DNA of 64,000 nt. Origin: an uncultured Chloroflexia bacterium (lineage in GTDB: Bacteria; Chloroflexota; Limnocylindria; Limnocylindrales; CSP1-4). Location of the stretch: positions 158,365 to 222,364 of the forward strand of contig CAVSMY010000009.1 in assembly GCA_963729175.1 (NCBI GenBank), written 5' to 3'. Numbering within the stretch: the stretch's first letter is position 1; each line of letters starts with the position of its first letter. This document shows positions 19,268-27,818 of this stretch, in pieces. The position numbers and the translations under genes were made by a program. The notes beneath the pieces were generated by a model. It made no database searches. It saw nothing but the letters and a program-made list of their open reading frames with translations, and had not been told where the DNA came from.

Positions 19268-20206
19268 ATGTACACGATCAAGGAGGCCGCGGCCCGGTCA
19301 GGGGTCGGGGCACCGACGATCCGCGCCTGGGAACGGCGCTACGGCGTCGTCCGGCCGACACGGACCGCCGCCGGGTATCGGCTCTATGACGACGCGACGA
19401 TCGCGGTCCTCCAGTCGATGCGGACGCTCATCGCCGACGGCTGGACGGCGTCCGAGGCGGCGCGATCCATCGCCAGCGGCGAGACCACGGTCGATGGGAG
19501 CCCGGGTGATGGCGTATCGACCTCGGGGGACCGAGGCGTCGTCGCTCCGAGGTCGACGTCGAGTCGGACGGCGGCCGCCGATCGGGCAGAGCTGCGGACG
19601 GCGTTCGTTCGTGCGGCCGAAGCGGCGTCGCCCGCCCGGACCGAGGCCGCCCTCGACGCGATCTTCGCGGCCGGCTCGTTCGAAGCGATCGTCGACGACG
19701 TCCTGCTGCCCGCGACAGCCGCGCTCGGGGCGTCGTGGGAGACCGGGCGATTGAGCGTCGGCGGGGAGCACGCCGCGAGTGCCGCGGTCGGTCGTCGCCT
19801 CGCCGCCGCCTACCAGGCCGCCGGGGTCGCCATCGCACCGGCGGTCGTCGTCGGGCTGCCCCCCGGCTCTCGTCACGAGCTCGGTGCCCTGGCGTTCGCG
19901 ACGGCCCTCCGGCGGACCGGTGTCGGTGTGCTCTACCTGGGCGCCGACGTCCCCATCGACACCTGGGTCGAGATGGTGTCCGGCGGCCGGCGGCTGATCG
20001 CGGTCATCGGCGTCGTCACACCGTCGGACCGCACCCCGGCACGGCGCGTCGTCGAGGCCCTGCTCGACCGGTCGCATGCGGTCGTCGCCCTGGGCGGACC
20101 CGCCGCGGCGGGCATCGTCAGGCCGTCGGACCGGGTCCGGCTGCTGCCTCAGGCCGTCGTCGACGCCGCGGCCTCGGTCGTCTCGCTTGTCCGCCGCCGG
20201 GACTAG
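19268..20206 (+). CDS. MerR-family, B12-binding-domain regulator (CarH/LitR-like)
   Basis: MerR HTH MYTIKEAAARSGVGAPTIRAWERRYG. W-x9-EH motif (SWETGRLSVGGEHAAS). HxxG cobalamin motif (SRHELGAL) in a Rossmann-like C-terminal domain. Confidence 0.85.
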   Translation: MYTIKEAAARSGVGAPTIRAWERRYGVVRPTRTAAGYRLYDDATIAVLQSMRTLIADGWTASEAARSIASGETTVDGSPGDGVSTSGDRGVVAPRSTSSRTAAADRAELRTAFVRAAEAASPARTEAALDAIFAAGSFEAIVDDVLLPATAALGASWETGRLSVGGEHAASAAVGRRLAAAYQAAGVAIAPAVVVGLPPGSRHELGALAFATALRRTGVGVLYLGADVPIDTWVEMVSGGRRLIAVIGVVTPSDRTPARRVVEALLDRSHAVVALGGPAAAGIVRPSDRVRLLPQAVVDAAASVVSLVRRRD

Positions 20207-20243
20207 CCGGGATGGCGGGGCCAGCCGGGACGCGCGGGCCGGG

Positions 20244-20324
20244 ATCTCCATCGGATCAGGCGGGCCGGTGATCGGCATCGGCTCGGGCGGCCCGGCGGTC
20301 TCCATCGGATCGGGCGGCGATCAC
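20244..20324. repeat. 27-bp imperfect tandem repeat x3 in the carH / ankyrin convergent spacer
   Basis: Units at 20244-20270, 20271-20297 and 20298-20324 (atctccatcggatcaggcgggccggtg and variants). Confidence 0.75.
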
Positions 20325-20483
20325 GCTCAGTGATCATCCGCGCTGCTAACACGCTCGGCGGATGTCGCAGATCGACGGGATCAGCGTCCGGACGAGCGTG
20401 GTGAGCCGCCGGACCATCAGTGACCGTCATGACCGCCGATGTCGACGCTGGCGCCAAAGGCGCGAGAGCCTGGAGTCAGACCG

Positions 20484-21188
20484 TCAGGTCCCGCGCGCGG
20501 CCGCCCGGAGGCGCACCGCCAGCTCGTCGTGGCCGGCCTCGGCGGCGAAGTCCGCGGCGATCCGGCCGTCGTCAGTCGTCGCCCAGGCGCGCGCGCCCGC
20601 GAGCAGCAGCAGGTCGACCGTCAGCTCGTCGCCGTTCTGAGCCGCGGCGTGGAGTGGCCGGAACCCGCCCTGCTGGATCGCGTCGACGTCGGCGCCCTCG
20701 TCGACGAGCCGCCGCGCAACGGCGAACGAGCCGCCGGCGACGGCCGAGTGGAGGGGATGGACGCGCTGGGTGTTCTTCGAGGCGACATCCGGGTCGGCGC
20801 CGGCATCGAGCAGCACGTCCGCCGAGGACTCCGCCCGGAAGAACGCGGCGAGATGGAGGGCCGTGTAGCCGTCGACCGACCAGGCGGCCACGAGACTCGG
20901 GTCGCGTGCCAGGAGGTCGCGGACGCGGGCCGTCCGGTCCGTCGCCGAGGCCTCGAAGATGTCGAGCGAGTCGTCGGTCCGGGCGGCCAGCACGCGGTCG
21001 AGGACGGCCCGCCGCGAGAACGAGAAGTAGCGGGCGAGCATCAGGGCGGTCAGGCCGTCCGGGTCGCGGGCCGCGGCAAGCACCGGGTCGGCAGCGAGGA
21101 TCGTCTCGACCGCGGCGTCGTCACCGGAGCGGATGGCGGCGAAGAGCGGGGCGGCGGCCGGCTCGGGATCGGGTCGCGCGTCGGGCAT
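20484..21188 (-). CDS. ankyrin repeat domain protein
   Basis: Repeated G-(Y/F)-T-A/P-LH-xAA...G...V...LL..GAD units (DGLTALMLA, DGYTALHLAAF, RVHPLHSAVAGG, GFRPLHAAAQNG). ATG 21188 is preferred over the longer ORF to 21359. Confidence 0.8.
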   Translation of the reverse strand: MPDARPDPEPAAAPLFAAIRSGDDAAVETILAADPVLAAARDPDGLTALMLARYFSFSRRAVLDRVLAARTDDSLDIFEASATDRTARVRDLLARDPSLVAAWSVDGYTALHLAAFFRAESSADVLLDAGADPDVASKNTQRVHPLHSAVAGGSFAVARRLVDEGADVDAIQQGGFRPLHAAAQNGDELTVDLLLLAGARAWATTDDGRIAADFAAEAGHDELAVRLRAAARGT

Positions 21189-21235
21189 CGGACTCAGTCT
21201 AGGTGGAGATCCCCGCGGTCCGCCGGTCGGGCGGG

Positions 21236-21300
21236 TCGCCCACGACGCGGACCGATCCGGCTGGCTGGCCCACGACGCCAAGCGATCCGGCTGACTCGCC
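21236..21300. repeat. 30-bp imperfect tandem repeat (about 2.2 copies) upstream of the ankyrin gene
   Basis: tcgcccacgacgcggaccgatccggctggc / tggcccacgacgccaagcgatccggctgac / partial third copy. Confidence 0.6.
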
Positions 21301-21553
21301 CGGCGGTCAAACCAACGGCGGGCCGGCGGCGACGAGTCGTGTCGGAGCGGATCCCCCACCTCCGGCCGCCGGGCGACTCGCCCAGCGAGTGGACGGGCGC
21401 CCCGGAGGGCGGTCTCGCCCGGATCAGCCTTCGGCTCACTCGCTGAGCGAGTGGATGTCCGCGACGGTGCTCGCTCGGGCGCCCGATCGCACGGGAGCCG
21501 GCATCGCTACGCTTGGCGTCCTAAGAGCCAGAGACACGGATGAGAGGGACACG

Positions 21554-22321
21554 ATGCGACTCGCCGACAAGGTCGCGGTCATCACCGGAGGCGGCAGCGG
21601 GATGGGTCGGGTCGCGGCGGAGCGGTTCGCCGCCCAGGGCGCCCGGGTCGTCGTGGCGGAGTTCAACGAGGCGGCCGGCGCGGCGACGGTCGCGGCGGTC
21701 ACGGCCGCCGGCGGCCAGGCGACCTTCGTGCGGGCGAATGTCGCCGAGGAGGCCGACGCCAAGGCGATGATCGACCATGCCGTCGCGACGTACGGGCGGA
21801 TCGATTGTCTGTACAACAACGCCGGCGTGATGCCCGAGGCCGACCACTCGGTCATCGACACCGACGTCGCCACCTGGGACCAGGTCATGGCCGTCAACGT
21901 CCGGGGCGTCTTCCTCGGCTGCAAGTACGCGATCCCCCGGATGGTCGAACAGGGCTCCGGCTCGATCGTGAACATCGCGAGCTTCGTCGCGATCCTCGGC
22001 TGCTCGGTCCCACAGGACGCCTACACGGCCTCGAAGGGGGCCGTCCTCTCGCTGACCCGCAGCCTTGCCGTCCAGTTCGCCCCGAAGGGCGTCCGGAGCA
22101 ACTCGATCAGCCCGGGCCCGATCGAGACCCCCCTGCTGATGGACTGGCTGCTCAAGGACGAGGCGGCCAAGAACCTCCGGCTGGCCCGCAATCCGTCGGG
22201 TCGGTTCGGCAAGCCCGAGGAGATCGTCGATGTCGCGGTCTACCTCGCGAGCGACGAATCGCGCTGGACGAACGGCGCGAACTTCGTCATCGACGGCGGC
22301 ATCACGGTCAACTACTTTTGA
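21554..22321 (+). CDS. SDR family oxidoreductase (3-oxoacyl-ACP reductase-like)
   Basis: VAVITGGGSGMGR, NNAG and YTASKGAV motifs. ATG 21554 follows GAGAGGGA. Confidence 0.9.
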   Translation: MRLADKVAVITGGGSGMGRVAAERFAAQGARVVVAEFNEAAGAATVAAVTAAGGQATFVRANVAEEADAKAMIDHAVATYGRIDCLYNNAGVMPEADHSVIDTDVATWDQVMAVNVRGVFLGCKYAIPRMVEQGSGSIVNIASFVAILGCSVPQDAYTASKGAVLSLTRSLAVQFAPKGVRSNSISPGPIETPLLMDWLLKDEAAKNLRLARNPSGRFGKPEEIVDVAVYLASDESRWTNGANFVIDGGITVNYF

Positions 22322-23295
22322 TGGCCCGCGAGGTCGCCGCCGGGGCCGGTCAGGAACGAGGGGACATGGACGAGGTCGAGCAGCCCGGCGCCGAGGGACC
22401 CGCGGCCGACGCATGGAGCTCCGACGCGAGCGAGGCGGAGTCCGAGGCTCCGTCCGACGCGGCGACCGAGGCGCCGGTCGAGGCGGCGGCCGAGGCCGAG
22501 CCGGCGGTCGGCCCCATCGCGATCGGCGTGGATGTCGGCGGGACAGGCATCAAGGCCGCCGCGGTCGACACCGCGACCGGAGCCCTGGTCAGCGAGCGGA
22601 TCCGAGTCCTGACGCCGCAGCCCGCCACGCCCCAGGCCTGCATCCGGGTCATCGCCCGGATCGTCGCCCGGATCTCCAAGGAGTACGCGTCCGCCGCCGG
22701 CACGCCCGTCGGCTGTGGTGTCCCGTCGGTCGTCATCGACGGGGTGACGAAGTCGGCGGCGAACATCGACCCGGGCTGGATCGACTTCGATGCCGACGCG
22801 TCGCTGGAGCGGGCGCTCAAGCGCCCCGTCTTCATGGTCAACGACGCCGACGCCGCCGGGACGGCCGAGATGCGCCTCGGCGCCGGCCGCGGGCGGATGG
22901 GCACCGTCATCGTCCTGACGCTCGGGACGGGCGTCGGTTCGGCGATCTACGTCGACGGCCGCCTCGTCCCGAACACCGAGCTCGGCCACATGGAGCTGAA
23001 CGGCAAGGACGCCGAACGACGCTCGGCGGCGAACTCGCGGACCCGCCGGGGCCTGTCGTGGAAGGCCTGGGCGATGGACCTCGACGAGCACCTGAACGCG
23101 ATCAACGCGCTGTTCTCGCCCAAGCTGATCATCCTCGGCGGCGGGGTGAGCAAGAACGCCGACAAGTTCATCCCCCGCCTGACCGTCCCGTGCGAGGTCA
23201 TCCCGGCGGCGATGCGCAACGAGGCCGGCATCGTCGGAGCGGCGATGGTCGCGATCGATCGAGCCCTGGCCCGCGAGGCGGCTCCAGCCGCCTGA
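22321..23295 (+). CDS. ppgK: ROK family polyphosphate/ATP glucokinase
   Basis: [13 protein letters not shown] and [26 protein letters not shown] motifs. Acidic N-terminal extension. ATG 22321 overlaps the preceding stop. An alternative start lies at 22366. Confidence 0.85.
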   Translation: MAREVAAGAGQERGDMDEVEQPGAEGPAADAWSSDASEAESEAPSDAATEAPVEAAAEAEPAVGPIAIGVDVGGTGIKAAAVDTATGALVSERIRVLTPQPATPQACIRVIARIVARISKEYASAAGTPVGCGVPSVVIDGVTKSAANIDPGWIDFDADASLERALKRPVFMVNDADAAGTAEMRLGAGRGRMGTVIVLTLGTGVGSAIYVDGRLVPNTELGHMELNGKDAERRSAANSRTRRGLSWKAWAMDLDEHLNAINALFSPKLIILGGGVSKNADKFIPRLTVPCEVIPAAMRNEAGIVGAAMVAIDRALAREAAPAA

Positions 23296-23310
23296 GCGGC
23301 GACCAGCGCG

Positions 23311-24384
23311 TCAGGATCGGCCGCGCAGCGCCGCCAGGATCTCCGCCGAGCCCGAGACGATGAGGATCTCGCCCCCGGCCAGGGTCCGGTCGGCCGGCGG
23401 GTTGGCTTCGTAGTCACGCTCGCCCCGGACGATCGCCAGGGCATGGATGCCGCGCTCGCGCGCCTGGCCGACGGTCAATCCGTCGAGCACACCGCCCGGC
23501 GCGACCTCGAGCTCCTCCATCGTATAGGCCAGCTCGCCGTGGGACAGCGCGGTGTCGATGAAGTCCGCGACCCGCGGCCGTGTCGCCACCTCGGCGATCT
23601 GCCGGCCGGCGCGGGTATAGGGCGAGACGACACGGTCCGCGCCGGCCTGGGCAAGCTTCGCGTCCGCGCCGTCGCTGTTCGCCCGAGCGACGATGAACAG
23701 GCTCGGGTTCATCGCCCGGGCCGACAGGGTCACGTAGACATTGTTGGCGTCGGAATCGATCGTCGTGATCAGACCGCGGGCGCGTTCGATCCCGGCCGCC
23801 CTGAGCGTCGCGTCCTGGGTCGCATCGCCTTCGACGATGAAGTGGCCGTCGACGCGGGCGGCGTCGACCGAGGCGTGGGTGATGTCGATGACCACGAGGC
23901 TCTGACCGGCATGGCGGAGCTCCCGACAGACGGTCGAGCCGACCCGACCATAGCCGCAGACGATGAAGTGGCCGGACAGGCCGTCGACCGCCTCGCGCAT
24001 CCTCCTCGCCTCCTGCTTGCCGCTGGCGACCTCCGAGAGGACCGCCTCGGCGACGATCCCGACCGATCCGAAGATGAGCCCGACGCCCGCGATCGTGACG
24101 AGCATCGTCCAGGCGCGTCCAAGGTCGTCGAGCTCGCGGACCTCTTTGTACCCGACCGTGGTGAGCGAGATCACGGTCATGTAGATCGCGTCCGAAAGGC
24201 CCCAGCCCAGCAGGACGATGTAGCCCAGGGTCCCGATCGCCGCGACGGAGAGGACGATGAGGAGCCACAGCCGGACGTGGTGGCCGGCCAGGATCGCGGG
24301 CAGGATCCGGAAGCGCGAACGCGGAGACGCCTCGTGCCGGTGGGCGACGGCCATCACCACAGATGCTACCGGGACGCGGACCAT
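23311..24384 (-). CDS. potassium-channel-type protein with RCK/TrkA-N domain; non-canonical filter TTVGYKE
   Basis: 2-TM pore module followed by [10 protein letters not shown] (RCK Rossmann) and a TrkA-C-like end. Filter codons lie at 24142-24162. Confidence 0.85.
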   Translation of the reverse strand: MVRVPVASVVMAVAHRHEASPRSRFRILPAILAGHHVRLWLLIVLSVAAIGTLGYIVLLGWGLSDAIYMTVISLTTVGYKEVRELDDLGRAWTMLVTIAGVGLIFGSVGIVAEAVLSEVASGKQEARRMREAVDGLSGHFIVCGYGRVGSTVCRELRHAGQSLVVIDITHASVDAARVDGHFIVEGDATQDATLRAAGIERARGLITTIDSDANNVYVTLSARAMNPSLFIVARANSDGADAKLAQAGADRVVSPYTRAGRQIAEVATRPRVADFIDTALSHGELAYTMEELEVAPGGVLDGLTVGQARERGIHALAIVRGERDYEANPPADRTLAGGEILIVSGSAEILAALRGRS

Positions 24385-24435
24385 GCCCGCGTATCATCGG
24401 ACCGATCTCCCCTGTCCCTCCCCGAGGACCCATCG

Positions 24436-25925
24436 ATGACCACCGAGTCGACCACCCCCGAGGCGACCGCCTCGGGACCAACAGCCCACCGGATGGTGAT
24501 CGGCGGCGAGTCCGTCGACTCCGCCGAGGGTCGGACCTTCGACGTCGTCAACCCGGCGACGGCCGGACGATCGCGACCGCCCCGCTCGGCGGCAGGACCG
24601 ACGTCGACCGCGCCGTCGACGCGGCCCGGCGGGCGTTCGAGGACCCGCGGGGCTGGTCGTCATGGACGGCGACGAAGCGGGGCCGCACGCTGGCCAAGCT
24701 GGGGGCCCTGATCCGCGACCATCTCGACGAGCTCGCCGCGCTCGAGACCGCGAACGTCGGCAAGCCGATCTCGGGCTCGAAGGGCGAGGTCCTGGGCGCG
24801 TCGTTCGTCTTCGACTACTACGCCGGTGCGGCGAACAAGGCGACCGGGGAGACGATCCCGGTGAACAAGCCGGGTCTGGACCTGACCCTGCGCGAGCCGG
24901 TGGGGATCGTCGGGCTCATCGTGCCCTGGAACTTCCCGATGCTCATGGCCAGCTGGAAGGTCGCGCCCGCGCTGGCGGCCGGGAACGCCGCGATCCTCAA
25001 GCCGGCCTCATACACGCCGCTCACGGCGCTGCGTCTCGGGGAGCTCGCCCTCGAGGCCGGCATCCCGAAGGGCATCCTCAACGTCATCACCGGGCCCGGC
25101 GGGACGGCTGGGGCCGCGCTGGCGGCCCATCCCGACGTCGGCAAGATCGCCTTCACCGGCGAGACGACGACGGGCCAGGAGATCATGCGGCTGGCCGCCG
25201 GCAACATCAAGAAGGTCAGCCTCGAGCTCGGCGGCAAGAGCCCCAACATCGTCTTCGCCGACGCCGACCTCGACCGTTTCGCCGCCGAGTCGCCGTACTC
25301 GGTCTTCGACAACTGCGGCCAGGACTGCTGCGCCCGGAGCCGGATCCTCGTCGAGCGCTCGGTCCACGACCGCGTCCTGGAGGCGTTCGCCGAGGCGACC
25401 CGCAAGGTGAAGGTCGGCGACCCGACCGATCCCGCGACCGAGGTCGGCCCGATGGTCAGCACCCGCCAGGCGGAGCGGGTCCTCGACTACATCGCCATCG
25501 GCCGGGACGAGGGCTGGTCGGTCATCGCCGGCGGCGGCCGACCGGCCGACCCGGCCCTCGCGGCGGGCGCCTATGTCGAGCCGACGGTCTTCGATGGCGG
25601 CGCGATCGAGTCACGGATCATCGCCGAGGAGATCTTCGGTCCGGTCGTCGCGGTCATCCCGTTCGACACCGAAGCGGAGGCGATCCGGCTCGCGAACGCG
25701 ACACCCTACGGCCTGGCGGGATCGATCTGGACCCGCGACATCGGGCGGGCCCTGCGCACTGCGAAGGGCGTCCAGTCGGGCGTCCTGTCGATCAACACGA
25801 ACAGCTCGGTCCACACCGAGGCGCCGTTCGGTGGCTACAAGATGTCCGGTGTCGGACGGGAGCTCGGGATGCACGCCCTCGACCTCTACACCGAAGTGAA
25901 GAACGTCTTCATCGACCTGAGCTGA
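24436..25925 (+). pseudogene. NAD-dependent aldehyde dehydrogenase, frame broken at about 24561
   Basis: MTTESTTPE...RTFDVVNPAT is in one frame. GRTIATAPLGGRTDVDRAV... is in the next, with ELGGKSP and FDNCGQDCCA catalytic motifs. Restoring one G (ACGGCC to ACGGGCC) gives NPATGRTIA. Confidence 0.9.
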
Positions 25926-25966
25926 CGCCGATGCGGCGGACCTGAGACGAGCCTGGCGACGGATCG

Positions 25967-26620
25967 ATGGACCGGGTCGAGACCGAGCGAGTGGGGGGCG
26001 GCGGTCACGCGCGGCTCGGGATCGCGGTCCTCGCGATCGGGGCGGTCGCGATCATCGCCATCGGATTCGTCGGCCGGACGCCGGCGGTCGAGCAGCGGGT
26101 CGAGGTCGCGTCTCCGGCCGTTGCACGGCCGAGTCCGGTGCCATCGGCCCGGCCGTCCGTCGCGCCGCCACCGGTGGACTCCTTCGAAGCCTTCGCCTCG
26201 ACCGAGGCCGCCCACCGGATCGCCATGCCGTTCCGGCTCGTCATGCCGGCGGCGACGCCGAGACCGATCGCTGGATCGATCGAGCTGACCGGCGTCCTCG
26301 ACTCGCAGATCGGGAGGGTGCGGCTCCGCGTGACCCAGGGCCGCACGACCCTCGCCACCATCACCGTCCCGACGGCGGTCATCGTCCGCGGCGTGGACGG
26401 CGGGGTCGACTCCCGGCGGGTCTTCCGGGCGTCGATCCCGCTGCCTGCGATCGCGGGTCCTGCGGCGCTGCGGGTCGATGTCGCGTCGGCCGATCCGGCC
26501 GACCCGGAGCCACGCGCCTTCGTCACCGTGACGACGACCGGCGCCTGGTCAGTGGGCGGCTACGGTGAACCGGTCGTGCCGGGCTATGTCGTCCCTGGAG
26601 ACGTGACCACCCGACCCTGA
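25967..26620 (+). CDS. hypothetical membrane-anchored protein
   Basis: One N-terminal TM helix (LGIAVLAIGAVAIIAIGFV), a Pro/Ala/Ser linker, then a beta-rich domain. No recognisable family. Confidence 0.45.
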   Translation: MDRVETERVGGGGHARLGIAVLAIGAVAIIAIGFVGRTPAVEQRVEVASPAVARPSPVPSARPSVAPPPVDSFEAFASTEAAHRIAMPFRLVMPAATPRPIAGSIELTGVLDSQIGRVRLRVTQGRTTLATITVPTAVIVRGVDGGVDSRRVFRASIPLPAIAGPAALRVDVASADPADPEPRAFVTVTTTGAWSVGGYGEPVVPGYVVPGDVTTRP

Positions 26621-26639
26621 GACGCGGCGTCGCCGCGGA

Positions 26640-27305
26640 TCAGCCGGACCAGCTGCCCTCGAGCGGCTCGCCGAGCTCGCGGAGGCGTGGATGGAGCTCC
26701 GGATGGCGCCGATGGACCCAGTCCCGGAGGGCCCAGGCGGTCGTCTTGAAGGCGATGCCGTCCCACGGGATGGCCTCGGGATGGAAAGCCTCGATCTGGA
26801 GCGCCTCGGGCGTCTCGCGCGCCTCGCCACCGACGACGCGGGCTTCGAAGGCCAGGACGACGATGGCCGCCTCCAGCCGCGAGTACAGCCCGACGATCTC
26901 CTGCGGCTCGACGATGAGTCCGGTCTCCTCGAGGACCTCGCGGATGGCGGCTTCCGTCACCGTCTCGTCGACCTCGAGGAAGCCGCCGGGCTGGGCCCAC
27001 GAGCCGCGGCCGGGCTCGATGCCGCGACGGATGAGGATGACCTCACCGTCGTCCGTCACCGGGATCGCGGTGACGACGAGGCGCGGGTTCACGTAGGCGA
27101 TGTGGCCACAGCGCGGGCAGGCGAGCCGGTCACGGTCCTCGCCCTCGACGGGCCCGAGCTCGAGCGCCGCGCCGCAGCGGGAGCAGTAGTTCAGCGTCGA
27201 CGCGAGCCAGTCGGGGACCCCGTGGCCGGAGTCGATGTCGGTCGAGCGACCGTCAGGGCCGCGACCGATCGCTGCGACGAGCTCTCGAGCGTTGTCGTCG
27301 ATCAT
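26640..27305 (-). CDS. NUDIX hydrolase with N-terminal zinc ribbon
   Basis: CSRCG...CPRCG zinc ribbon. Nudix box GGFLEVDETVTEAAIREVLEETGL. ATGA overlap with the upstream gene. Confidence 0.85.
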   Translation of the reverse strand: MIDDNARELVAAIGRGPDGRSTDIDSGHGVPDWLASTLNYCSRCGAALELGPVEGEDRDRLACPRCGHIAYVNPRLVVTAIPVTDDGEVILIRRGIEPGRGSWAQPGGFLEVDETVTEAAIREVLEETGLIVEPQEIVGLYSRLEAAIVVLAFEARVVGGEARETPEALQIEAFHPEAIPWDGIAFKTTAWALRDWVHRRHPELHPRLRELGEPLEGSWSG

Positions 27306-27739
27306 GCCGTCAGGATCCAGGTCGAGAAGGCGATCCCGATGGCGATGATCGTCAGGGTCGCGAGGACCCAGAAGAGGCGGAAGACGCCCTTGACCCGATC
27401 GACCGGCATCCACGCCCAGGCAGACCGCCAGATGCGGAGGGCGGCATCGGCGGCCGTCACGAGAAAGAACGGCATCCCGATGAGGACGCACAGCTTCACC
27501 AGCGGGCTCGACGCCGGGACGCCGGCCTCGAGGGCGGTGATCGCGACCGCACCGGCGAGGAGGACGGGGATGCACAGCAGCACGTAGTGCTTCTGGAGCG
27601 GCGTCGGCTTCGTCTCGGGCACGCTCCGCGGCGGCAGGCCCTGGAGCGACGGCGGCAGGACCGGCTCACGGACGGCCTGTCGGTCGAGAGCCGGCATGCC
27701 GGACTCCCAGCGCGGGTCCTCCGAGGTCGTCCGATCCAT
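27302..27739 (-). CDS. small membrane protein (3-4 TM)
   Basis: 145 aa from ATG 27739. Hydrophobic helices HYVLLCIPVLLAGAVAITAL, LCVLIGMPFFLVTAADAAL and LFWVLATLTIIAIGIAF. Coupled to the NUDIX gene. Confidence 0.55.
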   Translation of the reverse strand: MDRTTSEDPRWESGMPALDRQAVREPVLPPSLQGLPPRSVPETKPTPLQKHYVLLCIPVLLAGAVAITALEAGVPASSPLVKLCVLIGMPFFLVTAADAALRIWRSAWAWMPVDRVKGVFRLFWVLATLTIIAIGIAFSTWILTA

Positions 27740-27818
27740 GGGCCGCGAGTGTACGCCGGGCGTGGCCGCGACCCTCGCGTCGCCCCGGGAATGCAGCACT
27801 CGACTACGCTCCGCGTGA

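Noticed and set aside
20484-21359. Longer ankyrin ORF including the (ASQPDR.ASW)2 repeat
   Set aside because: The extension is encoded by the 30-bp tandem repeat and is low-complexity. ATG 21188 directly precedes the first ankyrin unit. The longer form cannot be excluded.
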